Shown here: positions 29,620 through 40,759 of the stretch, piece after piece
How the letters are laid out: each line of letters starts with the position of its first letter
Position numbering within the stretch: position 1 is the first letter of the stretch
Source: Alphaproteobacteria bacterium
Lineage (GTDB): Bacteria > Pseudomonadota > Alphaproteobacteria > UBA7887
Length of the DNA: 64,000 bases
Direction: 5' to 3'
Assembly: GCA_965201155.1 (NCBI GenBank)
Contig: OZ241752.1
Coordinates: 328,755-392,754 of the forward strand
Translations under genes and position numbers: made by a program
The notes under the pieces: model-generated
Seen by the model: only the letters and a program-made list of their open reading frames with translations
Database searches by the model: none
Told to the model about the DNA's origin: nothing

Positions 29620-31436
29620 CGGCCGACACCTTCTCCACACGCGCCGTACAGCCCGGCGCGCCCCGTATACGGCAGACACCGCGCAAACCCACGCTTGCGC
29701 TGGTGCGCCGTCTCGCCATGGACTACATGGCCCCGTACCGGCTCCATCTCGCCGGCGCCGTCGCCTGCATGATCGTCGCCGCCTGCGCGCAGCCATCCCT
29801 GGCGTGGCTCATGGAGTCCGTCGTCAGCGACATTTTCATCGCGCGCGATCGCGCGGCACTGATGATCGTTCCCCTGGCCGTGTTCACGGTGATGGTCACC
29901 GGCGGCCTCGCAAATTTCGGTCAGGCGATGCTGATGCACCGGACCAGCCTGCGCGTCGTGGCCGACCTGCAGACCCAGCTCTACAACCATCTCATCCGCC
30001 TCGACCTCGCATATTTCCAGCGTACCCCCACAGGCCGCCTCATCGGCAATCTGACAAACGACTCCACTCTCGTGCGTCAGGCCGCGGCGGCAACCATGAC
30101 CGGCCTCGTCAAGGACCTGCTCACCGTCGTGCTGCTGATTGCCCTGATGTTCTACCAGAATCTCGAACTCGCCGGCATCGTGTTCTTCGTTTTCCCCCTC
30201 GCCTGGTGGCCCATCACCCGCATCGGACGGCGCATGAGGACAGTGGTCAGCACCACCCAGGCAGAGATTGGCGAGTTCTCCTCCCTGCTCAACGAAACCT
30301 TCCAGGGCGCCCGGCACGTCAAGGCATACGGAAGGGAAGCCTATGAAGCCGACCGTGCACGCCACGTCATCGAGCGCCTTTTCCGACTGTTCCTGACTTC
30401 CGCACGCACCCGCGCCGTCAACGCACCGATCATGGAAGCCCTGGGCGGCCTCGCTGCTGCCATCGTCCTGTTCTATGGCGGCAGCCAGGTGATCGAAGGC
30501 ACCCGTGAAGCCGGAAGTTTCTTCGCCTTTATCACCGCGATGATGCTCGTCTATCGCCCCCTCAAGAGCGTCGCCAATCTCTATACGACCCTTCAGGAGG
30601 GCATCGCCGCGGCGCAGCGCCTGTTCGACCTGCTCGACCAGCAGGCCCGTGTCACCGAGGCGCCCGACGCCGTGCCATTGCAGGTGCGCGGCGGCGCCGT
30701 GCGTCTGGAAGACGTGCATTTCTCCTATGGCGGCACACCGCCCGCCCTCAACGGCGTCACACTCGAAATTCCTCCCGGCGCCGTCGCCGCACTGGTAGGA
30801 CCGTCCGGCGCCGGCAAGTCCACCCTGATCAATCTCATCGCCCGCTTTTTCGATGTCGATGCAGGCCGCGTGTTGATCGACGGCTCCGATGTGCGCCGCG
30901 TCACGCTCGCATCCCTGCGCTCCGCCATTGCCTTGGTGAGCCAGGAATCCACATTGTTCAACGATACCGTGCGCGCGAATATCGCTTATGGCGCGCCGGA
31001 AGCCGCCGCTGACCAGACTGCCATCGAGACCGTTGCCCGGGCGGCAGCAGCGCATGAGTTCATCATGGCGCTGCCCGCAGGCTACGATACGCTGGTCGGG
31101 GAACGCGGCGTGAAATTGTCCGGCGGCGAGCGCCAGCGCATTGCCATCGCCCGGGCCATGCTGAAAAACGCACCGATCCTGCTGCTGGACGAGGCAACCG
31201 CCTCGCTCGATACCGCAGCGGAACGCCAGGTGCAGGCAGCGCTCGAGCGCCTCAAGCGCGGGCGGACAACACTGATCATTGCCCACCGTCTTTCCACCGT
31301 CCGCAATGCCGATCTGATCTGCGTGATCGACGATGGCCGCATCGTCGAACAGGGCGCGCATGAGACTCTCTACGCCGCCGGTCATCTCTACACGCGCCTC
31401 TACGACATGCAGTTTGTCACCGCCGCCGCCGGATGA
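29616..31436 (+). CDS. msbA: ABC transporter permease/ATPase fusion, MsbA-like lipid A exporter
   Basis: Six-TM N-terminal domain plus Walker A GPSGAGKST, signature LSGGERQRIAIARAM, Walker B LLLDEATASLD. Conserved synteny with waaA-lpxK. Confidence 0.8.
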   Translation: MTADTFSTRAVQPGAPRIRQTPRKPTLALVRRLAMDYMAPYRLHLAGAVACMIVAACAQPSLAWLMESVVSDIFIARDRAALMIVPLAVFTVMVTGGLANFGQAMLMHRTSLRVVADLQTQLYNHLIRLDLAYFQRTPTGRLIGNLTNDSTLVRQAAAATMTGLVKDLLTVVLLIALMFYQNLELAGIVFFVFPLAWWPITRIGRRMRTVVSTTQAEIGEFSSLLNETFQGARHVKAYGREAYEADRARHVIERLFRLFLTSARTRAVNAPIMEALGGLAAAIVLFYGGSQVIEGTREAGSFFAFITAMMLVYRPLKSVANLYTTLQEGIAAAQRLFDLLDQQARVTEAPDAVPLQVRGGAVRLEDVHFSYGGTPPALNGVTLEIPPGAVAALVGPSGAGKSTLINLIARFFDVDAGRVLIDGSDVRRVTLASLRSAIALVSQESTLFNDTVRANIAYGAPEAAADQTAIETVARAAAAHEFIMALPAGYDTLVGERGVKLSGGERQRIAIARAMLKNAPILLLDEATASLDTAAERQVQAALERLKRGRTTLIIAHRLSTVRNADLICVIDDGRIVEQGAHETLYAAGHLYTRLYDMQFVTAAAG

Positions 31437-31464
31437 TCAGCCGGAATATCGCCGGCCATCTGCA

Positions 31465-32727
31465 ATGCTGGGCCTCTACAGCGCCCTGACCCGGGTCGCC
31501 GCGCGGCCCGCCCGGGCCTGGCTCTACCGGCGCGCCGCGCGCGGCAAGGAAGACCCGCAGCGGCTGCACGAACGGTTCGGCGAGCCGTCCGCCCCGCGCC
31601 CCGACGGCCCGGTGGTCTGGATTCACGCCGCCAGCGTCGGTGAATCGGCATCGGTATTGTCGTTGATCACGCGCCTGCTCGAAACACCGGCGCTCTCCGT
31701 ACTGCTCACCTCCGGCACCGTCTCCTCCGCACGCGTCATGGCGCCGCGCCTGCCGCCCCGCGCCCTGCACCAGTTTGCGCCTGTCGACCTTCCCGCCGAG
31801 GCAGCGCGCTTTCTCGATCATTGGCGCCCAAACCTCGCCTTGTTCGTCGAGTCGGAATTGTGGCCCAACCTTCTCACCGCCACCGCTGCCAGGGCTATTC
31901 CCCTGGCAATTGTCCAGGGCCGCCTCTCGGATCGTTCGTGGCGAATCTGGCGCCGCATTCCCGGCGCCCGCCGCCGCGTGTTCTCGCGCTTTCGACTGGT
32001 GATTGCACAGAGCCCGCAGGACGCCCGGCGGTTTCGCGAATTGGGCGCACCGGCCGTCGTCGCGCCCGGAAGCCTCAAATACGCCGCCGCACCATTGCCC
32101 GCGGATCCGGCAGCGTTGAATTCGCTTCGCAGCCAACTCGCCGCCCGGCCGTTATGGCTCGCGGCAAGCACCCACCCCGGCGGCGACGAAGCCGCTGTCC
32201 TCGCCGCTCACAAGGCCGCCCGCACGCGCATACCCGACCTGCTGACAATAATCGCCCCCCGGCATCCTGAACGCGGCGACGCCCTGGCGCATGACGCAAC
32301 AGCCCGCGGCTTGAGCGTGGCGCGCAGGAGTCGGCATGACAGGGTGGAGCAGGCAACTGCCCTCTACATCGCCGACACGCTCGGCGAACTCGGCTTGTTC
32401 TACCGCTTGGCCCCCGTGGCTTTTGTCGGTGGTTCGCTGTCACCCCGCGGCGGACACAATTTGATCGAACCCCTGCAACTCGGGTGCGTCGTCCTCACCG
32501 GTCCGGATTTGCGAAACTTCTCCGTCATCGCGGAGGATTTGCGCGCGTCCGGCGCCTTGTGCATCGTGTCGCAGGCGCCGGAACTGGCGCAAGCCGTCAG
32601 CGATTTGCTGCTTGACCATGACGCGCGGCACGCACTCGCCGCTCGGCAAAAACGAGTAATCGACGGAAAAGCCAATGTGCTCGATTCCGTGATGGCGGCC
32701 CTCGCCCCCTGCATTCCGGCGCCATGA
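31465..32727 (+). CDS. waaA: 3-deoxy-D-manno-octulosonic acid (Kdo) transferase
   Basis: ...GPVVWIHAASVGE... KDO-transferase N-terminal motif. Start reset to the ATG at 31465; the ORF-track extension overlaps msbA by 100 bp. Confidence 0.85.
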   Translation: MLGLYSALTRVAARPARAWLYRRAARGKEDPQRLHERFGEPSAPRPDGPVVWIHAASVGESASVLSLITRLLETPALSVLLTSGTVSSARVMAPRLPPRALHQFAPVDLPAEAARFLDHWRPNLALFVESELWPNLLTATAARAIPLAIVQGRLSDRSWRIWRRIPGARRRVFSRFRLVIAQSPQDARRFRELGAPAVVAPGSLKYAAAPLPADPAALNSLRSQLAARPLWLAASTHPGGDEAAVLAAHKAARTRIPDLLTIIAPRHPERGDALAHDATARGLSVARRSRHDRVEQATALYIADTLGELGLFYRLAPVAFVGGSLSPRGGHNLIEPLQLGCVVLTGPDLRNFSVIAEDLRASGALCIVSQAPELAQAVSDLLLDHDARHALAARQKRVIDGKANVLDSVMAALAPCIPAP

Positions 32728-33719
32728 TCCGCACCCCGGCATTCTGGCGCAGCGACTCATGGCAGGCGCGGCTCCTCGCACCGCTATCCGCGATATATGG
32801 CGCCGCAGCTGCCGCGCATCGCCGGCGCGCCCATAGCGCCGCAGCGCCTTCGCCGCCCTTGCCCGTGCTCTGCGTCGGCAATCTCACCGCCGGCGGTGCC
32901 GGCAAGACGCCCGTTGCCATCGCTCTCGCACGGCGCCTGCAGGCACAAGGGCGCGCCCCCCATTTGATCACCCGCGGTTACGGTGGCCGGACAAGGGGGC
33001 CGCACTCCGTCGATCCGGCGCGGGACAACGCACATGCCGTCGGCGACGAGGCGCTGCTGCTGGCTGATGCCGCGCCAACATGGGTGGCGCGCGATCGCTC
33101 GGCCGGCGCCGCGGCGGCCCGTGCCCGCGGCGCTGACATCGTGATTCTCGACGACGGACATCAGAACTGCCGGATTGCCAAAACCGCGTCACTGGTCGTC
33201 GTCGACGGCGGTTACGGGTTCGGCAATGGCCGCGTGCTGCCGGCCGGGCCGTTGCGCGAATCCGTGGACGGCGGCTTGGCACGCGCCGATGCCGTCGTGC
33301 TGGTCGGCGAGGATCGCGTCGAAATAACATCCCGCCTGCACCGGCATTGCCCGGTCATCCAAGCCAGTCTGACGCCCGGCAAGGGGAGCGCATCGGTCGC
33401 CGGCAGGCCAGTGGTCGCATTTGCCGGAATTGGCCGGCCCGAAAAGTTTTTCGAAACATTGAAGGGATTGTCCTGCACACTGTTGGGCGCGCACGGCTTC
33501 AGCGACCATCATCGCTTTCGCGAGTGGGAAGTTCGGGCGCTGGCGGACAAGGCGTCAAAACTCGGTGCGGTTCTGGTGACCACCGCCAAGGATGCGGTGC
33601 GTCTCCCGGCAAGCGTGCGCAATCTGCCGTGTGTTCTCGAAGTGAATCTGGAATGGCGCAGCGGAAGCGAGACACTCAATGCGCTCCTTGGACGGTGTGT
33701 GCCCGGCGCCTGCCGGTGA
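32724..33719 (+). CDS. lpxK: Tetraacyldisaccharide 4'-kinase
   Basis: P-loop VGNLTAGGAGKTP and LpxK-family length (331 aa). ATGA overlap with waaA. Confidence 0.85.
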   Translation: MIRTPAFWRSDSWQARLLAPLSAIYGAAAAAHRRRAHSAAAPSPPLPVLCVGNLTAGGAGKTPVAIALARRLQAQGRAPHLITRGYGGRTRGPHSVDPARDNAHAVGDEALLLADAAPTWVARDRSAGAAAARARGADIVILDDGHQNCRIAKTASLVVVDGGYGFGNGRVLPAGPLRESVDGGLARADAVVLVGEDRVEITSRLHRHCPVIQASLTPGKGSASVAGRPVVAFAGIGRPEKFFETLKGLSCTLLGAHGFSDHHRFREWEVRALADKASKLGAVLVTTAKDAVRLPASVRNLPCVLEVNLEWRSGSETLNALLGRCVPGACR

Positions 33720-33766
33720 ATGGCATATCCCCTCTCGGCAGTGTGTAACGCGGAGGAAAGCAACCA

Positions 33767-34552
33767 ATGGATTTGGGTCTGACAGGAAGGAAGGCGCTGG
33801 TAACCGGCGGCTCACGGGGCATCGGGCGAGCTATCGTCGAACGTCTGGCAAAGGAAGGCTGCGCAGTCGCGCTTTGCGCGCGCGGCGCCGAAGGAGCAGC
33901 CGACGCAGCCGCTGCCGCCGCCGCGCACGGTGTGTTGGCATTCGGCGCTGCCGTGGACATCTCCGATCATGAAGCCCTCCGCGCCTGGGTTGGACAGGCA
34001 GCGGAACAGCTTGGCGGTATAGACATCGTGATCGGCAATGCCAGCGCCCTCGCTACGTCGGTACAGGAACACGGCTGGCGCGCAGGCTTCGAGACAGACG
34101 TTATGGGACACGTCACGCTGGTTGAGGCAGCGCTGCCGGTCCTGCGCGCATCGACGGCCGGAGCCATTGTCCTCATCGCCAGCACCGCCGCGCTTGAAAT
34201 CTACTCGGGCCTGCGTTCCTACAGTTCCATCAAGGCGGCGTTGGTCGCATATGCCAAAGGCATGGCAGTGGCCTATGCGGCCGATGGTATCCGCGTCAAT
34301 TCGCTCTGCCCCGGCTGCATCGAGTTTCCCGACGGCGTGTGGGGCCGCGCCAGGCAGGAAAATTCGGAACAATACGCCCACATGCTCGCGCGCAACCCGT
34401 TCGGCCGCATGGGCCGCCCGGAGGAAATCGCCAATGCCGCAGCCTTCCTCGCCAGCCCCTCAGCGAGCTTCGTATCCGGCGCCAATCTGGTGGTCGATGG
34501 CGCCTTTACCCAGCGCAGGGCAATCGCTTTTGAAATCAGGGGTGTTTTGTAG
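33767..34552 (+). CDS. SDR family oxidoreductase; the last ~10 codons are encoded by the inserted ISAs1 element
   Basis: TGGSRGIGRA, NAS, YSSIKAA motifs. The RBS GGAGGAAAG precedes the ATG at 33767. The IS terminal repeat begins at ~34521, inside the 3' end. Confidence 0.75.
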   Translation: MDLGLTGRKALVTGGSRGIGRAIVERLAKEGCAVALCARGAEGAADAAAAAAAHGVLAFGAAVDISDHEALRAWVGQAAEQLGGIDIVIGNASALATSVQEHGWRAGFETDVMGHVTLVEAALPVLRASTAGAIVLIASTAALEIYSGLRSYSSIKAALVAYAKGMAVAYAADGIRVNSLCPGCIEFPDGVWGRARQENSEQYAHMLARNPFGRMGRPEEIANAAAFLASPSASFVSGANLVVDGAFTQRRAIAFEIRGVL

Positions 34553-35731
34553 CAGCGCGGATCAGGTCGATGAGGAAATTGTCGTCCCAGGCTGCGCGTT
34601 TGAGCTTTCCGCGCATGGCATCCTTGGTGGGTTCATGACGGGCGATGTTGAGCGCCAGGCGCCGCATGAGCGCCAGGTTCTGCGGACCATGTCCCTTGCG
34701 GTTGCGTTGCTGGTCCTCATTCATCGACACGTCCAGAACCCAATGCAAACTGTTCTCTATCGACCAGTGCGCCCGCACTGCGCGCAAAAATGCCTCCGGT
34801 GAGAGCTTTGCGCTCATCACATAATAGCGCGCCTCGGTATTTTGTTTGCCCTTGCTTTCGCGCGTTGCCGTTACCTTGCCGATGGCCTGGAGACCCGGCC
34901 AGTCATGTGCCTCCTGCAGCCAGTCAATCTCGTGCGAGACCTCCGCAAGGCGTGTCTCAAGGCGTCCGTGATCCTTGCTGACATGCTCATAAGATTGAAT
35001 CTTTTCCGCACCTTCCGGGCTGTCGAGAAACAATGTGACATCACCGTGCAGGGTGTCCTGATTGCGTTTCAGCGCCAGTACATAGTCGCCGCCGCCGGCT
35101 GTTACACGCTCTGCGGTGCGGCGTTGTGTATGCATCGCATCGGCGGTCACGGTCCGGCCCTTGAGGCGTAACATGTCGAGCAGCCTGGGCAATGCCGTGA
35201 TCTCATTGGATTTGCCATCGACCGCCACTTGCCCCAGCACGAGACGGCTTTGAGCGCCAAAGGCGTGCACGAGATGCAGTCCCGAACGCTTGGCGGCATT
35301 GTCGAATGAGCGCCGCAGTTGCTTGCCGTCTATGGCAATGACGGTGTCGTCGAGGCATTCGGCCCAGTCCTTGACAAGGCCCTGCAATACCTCTGTCAGG
35401 CCTTGAGGATCGAGTGCGTTGAAGAGGTCGGAGAAGGCGTCGTGGCTTGGTATGCCATGGGAAAGCGTCATGAACTGGCGCAAAAACGGCTTCTTGGCGC
35501 GTCCGAAGCGTGCCATGTCGGCGCATCCCTCACCGCCCGAGAGCACGCATAGCAGGCCGATCATGAGCATTTCGTGAAAGTTGTGGCGTGTGGCGTTGGA
35601 CCGCCGCGGGTCAGTAACAGATTCAAATATATGAGCAAATTCTTCCATAGTCTGTCTCCGTGCCGGGCATCGAAAACAGAATATGAATCAAAAATACAAA
35701 CAAAAAAACGCAAAATTTCAAAAGCGATTCC
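34521..35731 (-). mobile_element. ISAs1-family insertion sequence (~1.2 kb) with a 15-bp terminal inverted repeat AATCGCTTTTGAAAT
   Basis: The inverted repeat is found at 34523-34537 and, in reverse complement, at 35715-35729. Its right end is unusually AT-rich. It sits between an SDR gene and tRNA-Leu. Confidence 0.7.
34536..35648 (-). CDS. ISAs1-family transposase (H-repeat-associated protein type)
   Basis: MEEFAHIFESVTDPRRSNATRHNFHEMLMIGLLCVLSGGEGCADMARFG... is a characteristic ISAs1/DDE_Tnp_1-associated N-terminus. 370 aa. Confidence 0.8.
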   Translation of the reverse strand: MEEFAHIFESVTDPRRSNATRHNFHEMLMIGLLCVLSGGEGCADMARFGRAKKPFLRQFMTLSHGIPSHDAFSDLFNALDPQGLTEVLQGLVKDWAECLDDTVIAIDGKQLRRSFDNAAKRSGLHLVHAFGAQSRLVLGQVAVDGKSNEITALPRLLDMLRLKGRTVTADAMHTQRRTAERVTAGGGDYVLALKRNQDTLHGDVTLFLDSPEGAEKIQSYEHVSKDHGRLETRLAEVSHEIDWLQEAHDWPGLQAIGKVTATRESKGKQNTEARYYVMSAKLSPEAFLRAVRAHWSIENSLHWVLDVSMNEDQQRNRKGHGPQNLALMRRLALNIARHEPTKDAMRGKLKRAAWDDNFLIDLIRAATKHP

Positions 35732-35800
35732 CCTGTACCCAGCGCATCCAGTATTGACGGTCCCTTGCCGCCCGCTATCATGCGCCGCGGCATTCCTGCA

Positions 35801-35887
35801 GCCCCTGTGGCGGAATTGGTAGACGCGGCAGACTCAAAATCTGTTGTCCGCAAGGACGTGTCGGTTCGAGTCCGACTGGGGGCACCA
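35801..35887 (+). tRNA. tRNA-Leu (anticodon CAA), type II with a long variable arm
   Basis: gcccctgtGGCGGAATTGGTAGACGCG...ctCAAaa...GGTTCGAGTCC...ggcacca. It has a D-loop, T-loop GGTTCGAGTCC, an acceptor stem with CCA, and anticodon-loop CT-CAA-AA. Confidence 0.85.
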
Positions 35888-35889
35888 AC

Positions 35890-36864
35890 TCACTGTTCCG
35901 CCAGCGTAAACATCATCAGCAAGGTACGCTGCAGCGGGTTGAAGTTGTCGTCGGACGCAATCAGCAGCGCCATGCCGCCGTCCGGAGCCTGAAAAACCGC
36001 CAGCGCCTCAAAATTGTCTACTGTGACAGGAGGTTCAAATCGCGCAATCTCCCTGGGGTTTGCGGGAACCCCGGCACGAGGCGGCGCAATCTCCATTATT
36101 CTCGCCTTGACCCCCGCCAATAGCGAATAACCGCGTTCCAGTACCAGCACCTGACCGCTTGGCAAAAGCGCCGCCGCCGTAGGTTTGAAGAATTCATGAA
36201 CGGGATAGTCCATCCCCTCCTCACCGAGGGCGCTGATCAGCCAGCCGGCGGGCTTGTTATCATCCGAGGCAGTCTCCGAAAGCGCCAGAAAACCCCCGTC
36301 GCCCAGCGGTGTCATCGCTTCGATGCCCTTGTTGGACGGGAGGTGCGAGAGGTCCAGTTCCGGCCATACCGGAATTCCGGCACTGTCGGGGCCGGCATAG
36401 CGCACAATGCGATGCCTGCCCTCGAACGCTACAAGAAGACCGCCGTCCGGCGCCCGCACAACCTCCTCCGCATCGCCCTCGCGTTTGCCTTGAAGTGCAG
36501 CGCCTGTGGCGTCGCGCAGCGGAAAGATATGGGTATCGTCAACCGCAACGAGCCTGTTATCTTCGTAAATCAGCCGCCCGGTGATCCAGTGCCCGGCATC
36601 GGTGATGGCCGTAATGCCGTGGTCGGAAACAATCAGTCCTGACAACCCGCCAAAACGTGGATCGTGGGCGTCAAGGCGCACACCGCCCCGGAATATGAGA
36701 AAGCCTACACGCGCCTCACCGGGTTCGCCTCGCACCAAAGGCACTGGTTCGGAATCCACAGCAAGGGGTTCGCCCGCTGCGCCGCCCGCCAAAAGCAGTA
36801 TGGCAAAGCCGGCAGCAGCGGCGCTAACCCGCAAGCCTCTGGTCCGTTCTTCCGGGTTCCTCAT
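35890..36864 (-). CDS. Secreted esterase-like-activity-of-phytase family protein
   Basis: Signal peptide followed by a beta-propeller-like body, resembling the phytase-like esterase family. The start probably lies downstream of 36864 (TTG at ~36834), given the 41-bp overlap with the cobT stop. Confidence 0.55.
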   Translation of the reverse strand: MRNPEERTRGLRVSAAAAGFAILLLAGGAAGEPLAVDSEPVPLVRGEPGEARVGFLIFRGGVRLDAHDPRFGGLSGLIVSDHGITAITDAGHWITGRLIYEDNRLVAVDDTHIFPLRDATGAALQGKREGDAEEVVRAPDGGLLVAFEGRHRIVRYAGPDSAGIPVWPELDLSHLPSNKGIEAMTPLGDGGFLALSETASDDNKPAGWLISALGEEGMDYPVHEFFKPTAAALLPSGQVLVLERGYSLLAGVKARIMEIAPPRAGVPANPREIARFEPPVTVDNFEALAVFQAPDGGMALLIASDDNFNPLQRTLLMMFTLAEQ

Positions 36865-38680
36865 CGAACATCTCAGCGAGTTTTTCGGTCATGGTGCCGC
36901 CGAGTTGTTCGGCATCCACAAGCGTCACCGCCCGACGGTAATAGCGCGTGACGTCATGGCCAATGCCGATGGCCAGGAGTTCGATCGGGGAATACGCTTC
37001 CACCCACGCAATCACATCGCGCAGATGCCGGTCGAGATAATTTCCCGAATTGACAGACAATGTTGAGTCATCCACCGGCGCACCGTCGGAGATCACCATC
37101 AATATGCGTCTTTGTTCCGGCCGGCCGAGCAGGCGTTGATGCGCCCACAGCAGGGCTTCGCCGTCGATATTCTCCTTCAGCAAACCCTCTCGCAGCATGA
37201 GACCCAGATTCTTCCGCGCCCGCCGCCACGGTGTGTCAGCAGACTTGTAGACGATATGGCGCATTTCGTTGAGCCTGCCGGGCGCAGGAGGCTTGCCTGA
37301 GGCAAGCCATTTTTCGCGTGCCCTCCCGCCTTTCCACGCACGGGTGGTGAAACCCAGAATCTCCACCTTGACAGCACAGCGTTCGAGCGTGCGCGCCAGA
37401 ATGTCAGCGCTCATCGCCGCTACGGAGATGGGCCTCCCTCGCATCGAACCCGAATTGTCAAGCAGCAGCGTCACCACTGTGTCACGGAAATTCATTTCAT
37501 GTTCCCGTTTATAGGACAGCGGATAGCTGGGGTTGGTTACCACGCGGGCCAGCCGCGCAGTGTCGAGAATGCCCTCCTCAAGGTCGAATTCCCACGACCG
37601 CGTCTGTTTGGCAAGCAGACGCCGCTGCAGCCGGTTCGCCAGCCGGGTGATAACCCCCTGCAAGGCAGAGAGTTGTTGATCCAGATGGCGGCGCAAGCGG
37701 GCCAGCTCTTCAGGATCGGACAATTCGCTCGCATCGACCGTTTCGTCGAACTCGGTGGTGAACACGCAATACGAAGGGGTCGGCTGGTTGCTGCGGTCAT
37801 AGGGTGGCCGCCACGGCTCGCTTTCCGCGGAAGTATCGTCATCGCCGCTCAGCGCCGCGTCCTCCGAACCTTCGATTTCCGCCTCGGTGGTTTCGTCCGT
37901 ATCCGAGTCATCGCGTTCACCCCCCGGCCCGGACTCGGCGTCCGCAGTCTCCTCTGTCGACTCGCCCTCGGATTCAGCATCAGTTCGGTCGTCCGCACTG
38001 GAGTCCGAATCTTCGTCGGTCTCGAGACTTGCCGGGTCATTCTCATGTTCGTCGGCAAATTCCAGATGCGCGATCAACCGCCGCGCAATTTCAGCAAAGG
38101 CCGCCTGGTCATCGACATTTCGAGCCAGGGCTTCGAAGTCATCAGCAATGCGCTCCGCGATCCATGGCCGCCACAGGTCGCACATGAAGCGCGCGGAATC
38201 CGGCGGCGGCATACCCGTCAGCCGTTCCCGCGTCAGCAGGTTGAGGACTTCGACAATCGGCGCGTCGGATTGATGCTGGATGTCCTGAAAATGCTGTTCC
38301 CGGCAATGCGCTTCGACCGCCGCATCCAGGTTTTGCCGCACGCCGCGCATGCGCCGCGCGCCCAGCGCTTCGCAGCGAGCCTGCTCAAGGCCGTTATAGA
38401 TCGACTGGGCGACTTGCCCCGGCGGGCGCCGCGAACGATGAAGACCATCATCGTGAAATCGATGGCGCAAGGCGAGCGCATCCGCTTCGCCGCGGATTTG
38501 ACCGACCTCGTCGGCGCCGATGTCCCGCGACGGCGGTGTAAGCAGGATGCGTTCATCCTCCATCCGCGGGCCGTTGGGAGCAAACACCACTTCCAGTTCA
38601 CGTGCTCGGGCGAGCGCCCGCGTGGCACTGGCAACCGCACGTTTGAAGCCTTCCTGCGGCGCTTCCCCTCCCGAACTCAT
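36824..38680 (-). CDS. cobT: Aerobic cobaltochelatase subunit CobT
   Basis: Acidic Asp/Glu/Ser-rich central stretch and a C-terminal VWA domain typical of CobT. 618 aa. Confidence 0.85.
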   Translation of the reverse strand: MSSGGEAPQEGFKRAVASATRALARARELEVVFAPNGPRMEDERILLTPPSRDIGADEVGQIRGEADALALRHRFHDDGLHRSRRPPGQVAQSIYNGLEQARCEALGARRMRGVRQNLDAAVEAHCREQHFQDIQHQSDAPIVEVLNLLTRERLTGMPPPDSARFMCDLWRPWIAERIADDFEALARNVDDQAAFAEIARRLIAHLEFADEHENDPASLETDEDSDSSADDRTDAESEGESTEETADAESGPGGERDDSDTDETTEAEIEGSEDAALSGDDDTSAESEPWRPPYDRSNQPTPSYCVFTTEFDETVDASELSDPEELARLRRHLDQQLSALQGVITRLANRLQRRLLAKQTRSWEFDLEEGILDTARLARVVTNPSYPLSYKREHEMNFRDTVVTLLLDNSGSMRGRPISVAAMSADILARTLERCAVKVEILGFTTRAWKGGRAREKWLASGKPPAPGRLNEMRHIVYKSADTPWRRARKNLGLMLREGLLKENIDGEALLWAHQRLLGRPEQRRILMVISDGAPVDDSTLSVNSGNYLDRHLRDVIAWVEAYSPIELLAIGIGHDVTRYYRRAVTLVDAEQLGGTMTEKLAEMFDEEPGRTDQRLAG

Positions 38681-38689
38681 GCCGCGGCC

Positions 38690-39688
38690 CTAGTTGAACG
38701 CGGCCTTGGCCGCAGTTTCGCGGAGTTCCTCACCCATGCACCGCTGATAATATTCGGCCACGACTGCACGCTCGGACTCGTCGCACTTGTTCAGGAATGT
38801 CACGCGGAAGCCGAAGGACTGGTCACGGAAAATCTCGGCGTTTTCGGCCCAGGTAATGACAGTCCGCGGTGACATCACCGTCGAAATATCGCCATTGATA
38901 AAGCCCGCGCGGGTCATGTTGGCGAGTTCCACCATCGCCGCCACCCGTTCCCGCCCTTCGGAGTCATCAAGCGCCGGCACTTTGGCCAGAATAATGTCGA
39001 TTTCCTTGTCGGTCGGGAGATAATTAAGCGTCGCCACAATGTTCCAACGGTCCATCTGCCCCTGATTGATCTGCTGGGTTCCGTGGTAGAGGCCGGTAGT
39101 GTCACCCAGGCCGACAGTGTTGGTCGTGGAGAACAGCCGGAACGCCGGGTGTGGACGGATCACGCGGTTCTGATCGAGCAGCGTGAGCTTGCCCTCTACC
39201 TCCAGCACCCGCTGGATCACGAACATGACATCGGGCCGCCCTGCGTCATATTCATCGAATACCAGAGCCGTCGGTGTCTGCAGCGCCCAGGGCAGCAATC
39301 CTTCGCGAAATTCCGTGACTTGCTGGCCATCGCGCAACACGATGGCATCCTTCCCCACCAGATCGATACGGCTGATATGGCTGTCGAGATTGACGCGCAC
39401 CGTGGGCCAGTTGAGACGCGCTGCCACCTGTTCGATATGAGTCGATTTTCCCGTGCCGTGATAGCCTTGAATCATCATTCGCCGGTTGTGAGCGAATCCG
39501 GCCAGAATCGCCAGGGTCGTATCGCGGTCGAAGCGGTATGCGTCGTCGATATCCGGCACATGCTCGTCGGCGTCCGAAAAGCCCGGAACAATCATGTCAC
39601 TATCGAGTCCGAACACCTGACGCACTGAGATTTCGATATCGGGCAGGCGTTTTGCGGCAGCGGCCGCATCGCTGGTTTGTGGGGCCAT
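38690..39688 (-). CDS. cobS: Aerobic cobaltochelatase subunit CobS (MoxR-like AAA+ ATPase)
   Basis: ...[17 protein letters not shown]... start region and Walker [10 protein letters not shown]. Start reset to the ATG at 39688. Confidence 0.85.
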   Translation of the reverse strand: MAPQTSDAAAAAKRLPDIEISVRQVFGLDSDMIVPGFSDADEHVPDIDDAYRFDRDTTLAILAGFAHNRRMMIQGYHGTGKSTHIEQVAARLNWPTVRVNLDSHISRIDLVGKDAIVLRDGQQVTEFREGLLPWALQTPTALVFDEYDAGRPDVMFVIQRVLEVEGKLTLLDQNRVIRPHPAFRLFSTTNTVGLGDTTGLYHGTQQINQGQMDRWNIVATLNYLPTDKEIDIILAKVPALDDSEGRERVAAMVELANMTRAGFINGDISTVMSPRTVITWAENAEIFRDQSFGFRVTFLNKCDESERAVVAEYYQRCMGEELRETAAKAAFN

Positions 39689-39725
39689 CAAGTCTGTTTC
39701 CGCGTGTAAGAAAAGCTCGGTTCGG

Positions 39726-40298
39726 CTACGTCTCTTCGCCGTTGCGCAGGAACGTATAGGCTTCATTGATTTCCTTCAGCCGTTCTTCCGCGCTTGTGCA
39801 GCCGCCATTGGCATCAGGGTGGTGGCGTTTGGCCAGTGTCTTGTACCGGGCCTTGACCTGTTCGTCGGACGCATCGCATTCGAGCCCTAGGGATTCCAGC
39901 GCCTTGGCGCGTTCCGGGGAAACAGGCGGCCCGGCCGGCGGAGCGTCGCTGCCAACTTCGAACGGGTCGGCAAAGCCGTTCATCGCAGCCTTGACCGCCT
40001 CATGTGCGCAAGCGCGCGTTCCCAGCGGCCATGTAGGGCGGTGCCATGTCGCATCGCGATGGCGGATCGTCTCGATCTGTCCCGCATCGAGTCCCGCAAA
40101 ATAGTTCCAATTGGCGTTATATGCGCGCACATGTTCCAGGCAGAACCAGAGAAAATCACGCAGCGCATCGCGGGATTTGGGCGCCCGGTAGTCGCCCGGC
40201 CTGCAGCAGCCCGGCCACGCGCAAACCCGGGCGAGGATAACCTCGTCCGCTTCCTCGCGGCAATGTTCGCCGCGTTGTGCCGAATGCGCGTCTGTCAT
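39726..40298 (-). CDS. J-domain-containing protein (DnaJ-like co-chaperone)
   Basis: C-terminal J domain with HPD (…[15 protein letters not shown]…EINEAYTFL). The start is uncertain; an ATG at 40298 is proposed. Confidence 0.55.
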   Translation of the reverse strand: MTDAHSAQRGEHCREEADEVILARVCAWPGCCRPGDYRAPKSRDALRDFLWFCLEHVRAYNANWNYFAGLDAGQIETIRHRDATWHRPTWPLGTRACAHEAVKAAMNGFADPFEVGSDAPPAGPPVSPERAKALESLGLECDASDEQVKARYKTLAKRHHPDANGGCTSAEERLKEINEAYTFLRNGEET

Positions 40299-40466
40299 GA
40301 AATCACTATGCCTTTCGTCCGGCCGTGACACAAGGGAGTGCGGCACCTGTCCACAGAACGGAACACATGATGCGTCAATAGCGCAACATGCTGTCACTAT
40401 TCATCATGAAATCGCGGCGGCGCAGCACCGGCTTGACAGCGGCAGCGCGAATGGCGAAGAAGCCGT

Positions 40467-40742
40467 ATGGGAATGGCGGAACGCATCAGCCACAAGATTC
40501 AGCAGACATTCGCCCCCGCGCATTTGGACGTTGTCGATGAGTCACATTTTCACGCCGGTCATGCGGGCGCTCCCGCGGGCGGCGAAAGCCATTTCCGCGT
40601 GACCGTTGTAGCAAGCGCATTCGCCGGCCTCTCGCGGGTGGAGCGCCAGCGCCGCGTCAACAATTTGCTGGCGGACGAATTTGCCGGCGGCCTGCACGCA
40701 TTGTCACTCGTCCTCCGCACACCGGAAGAAGCGGGCGCATAG
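40467..40742 (+). CDS. bolA: BolA family protein
   Basis: …LDVVDESHFHAGHAG… BolA motif. 91 aa. Confidence 0.75.
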   Translation: MGMAERISHKIQQTFAPAHLDVVDESHFHAGHAGAPAGGESHFRVTVVASAFAGLSRVERQRRVNNLLADEFAGGLHALSLVLRTPEEAGA

Positions 40743-40759
40743 GGCCGTCTGCCGGCGCC

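Noticed and set aside
36824-39766. Cobalamin riboswitch upstream of cobS/cobT
   Set aside because: No B12-box-like conserved core is visible in the short 5' regions. cobS-cobT are translationally packed with the J-domain gene, so no leader is long enough.
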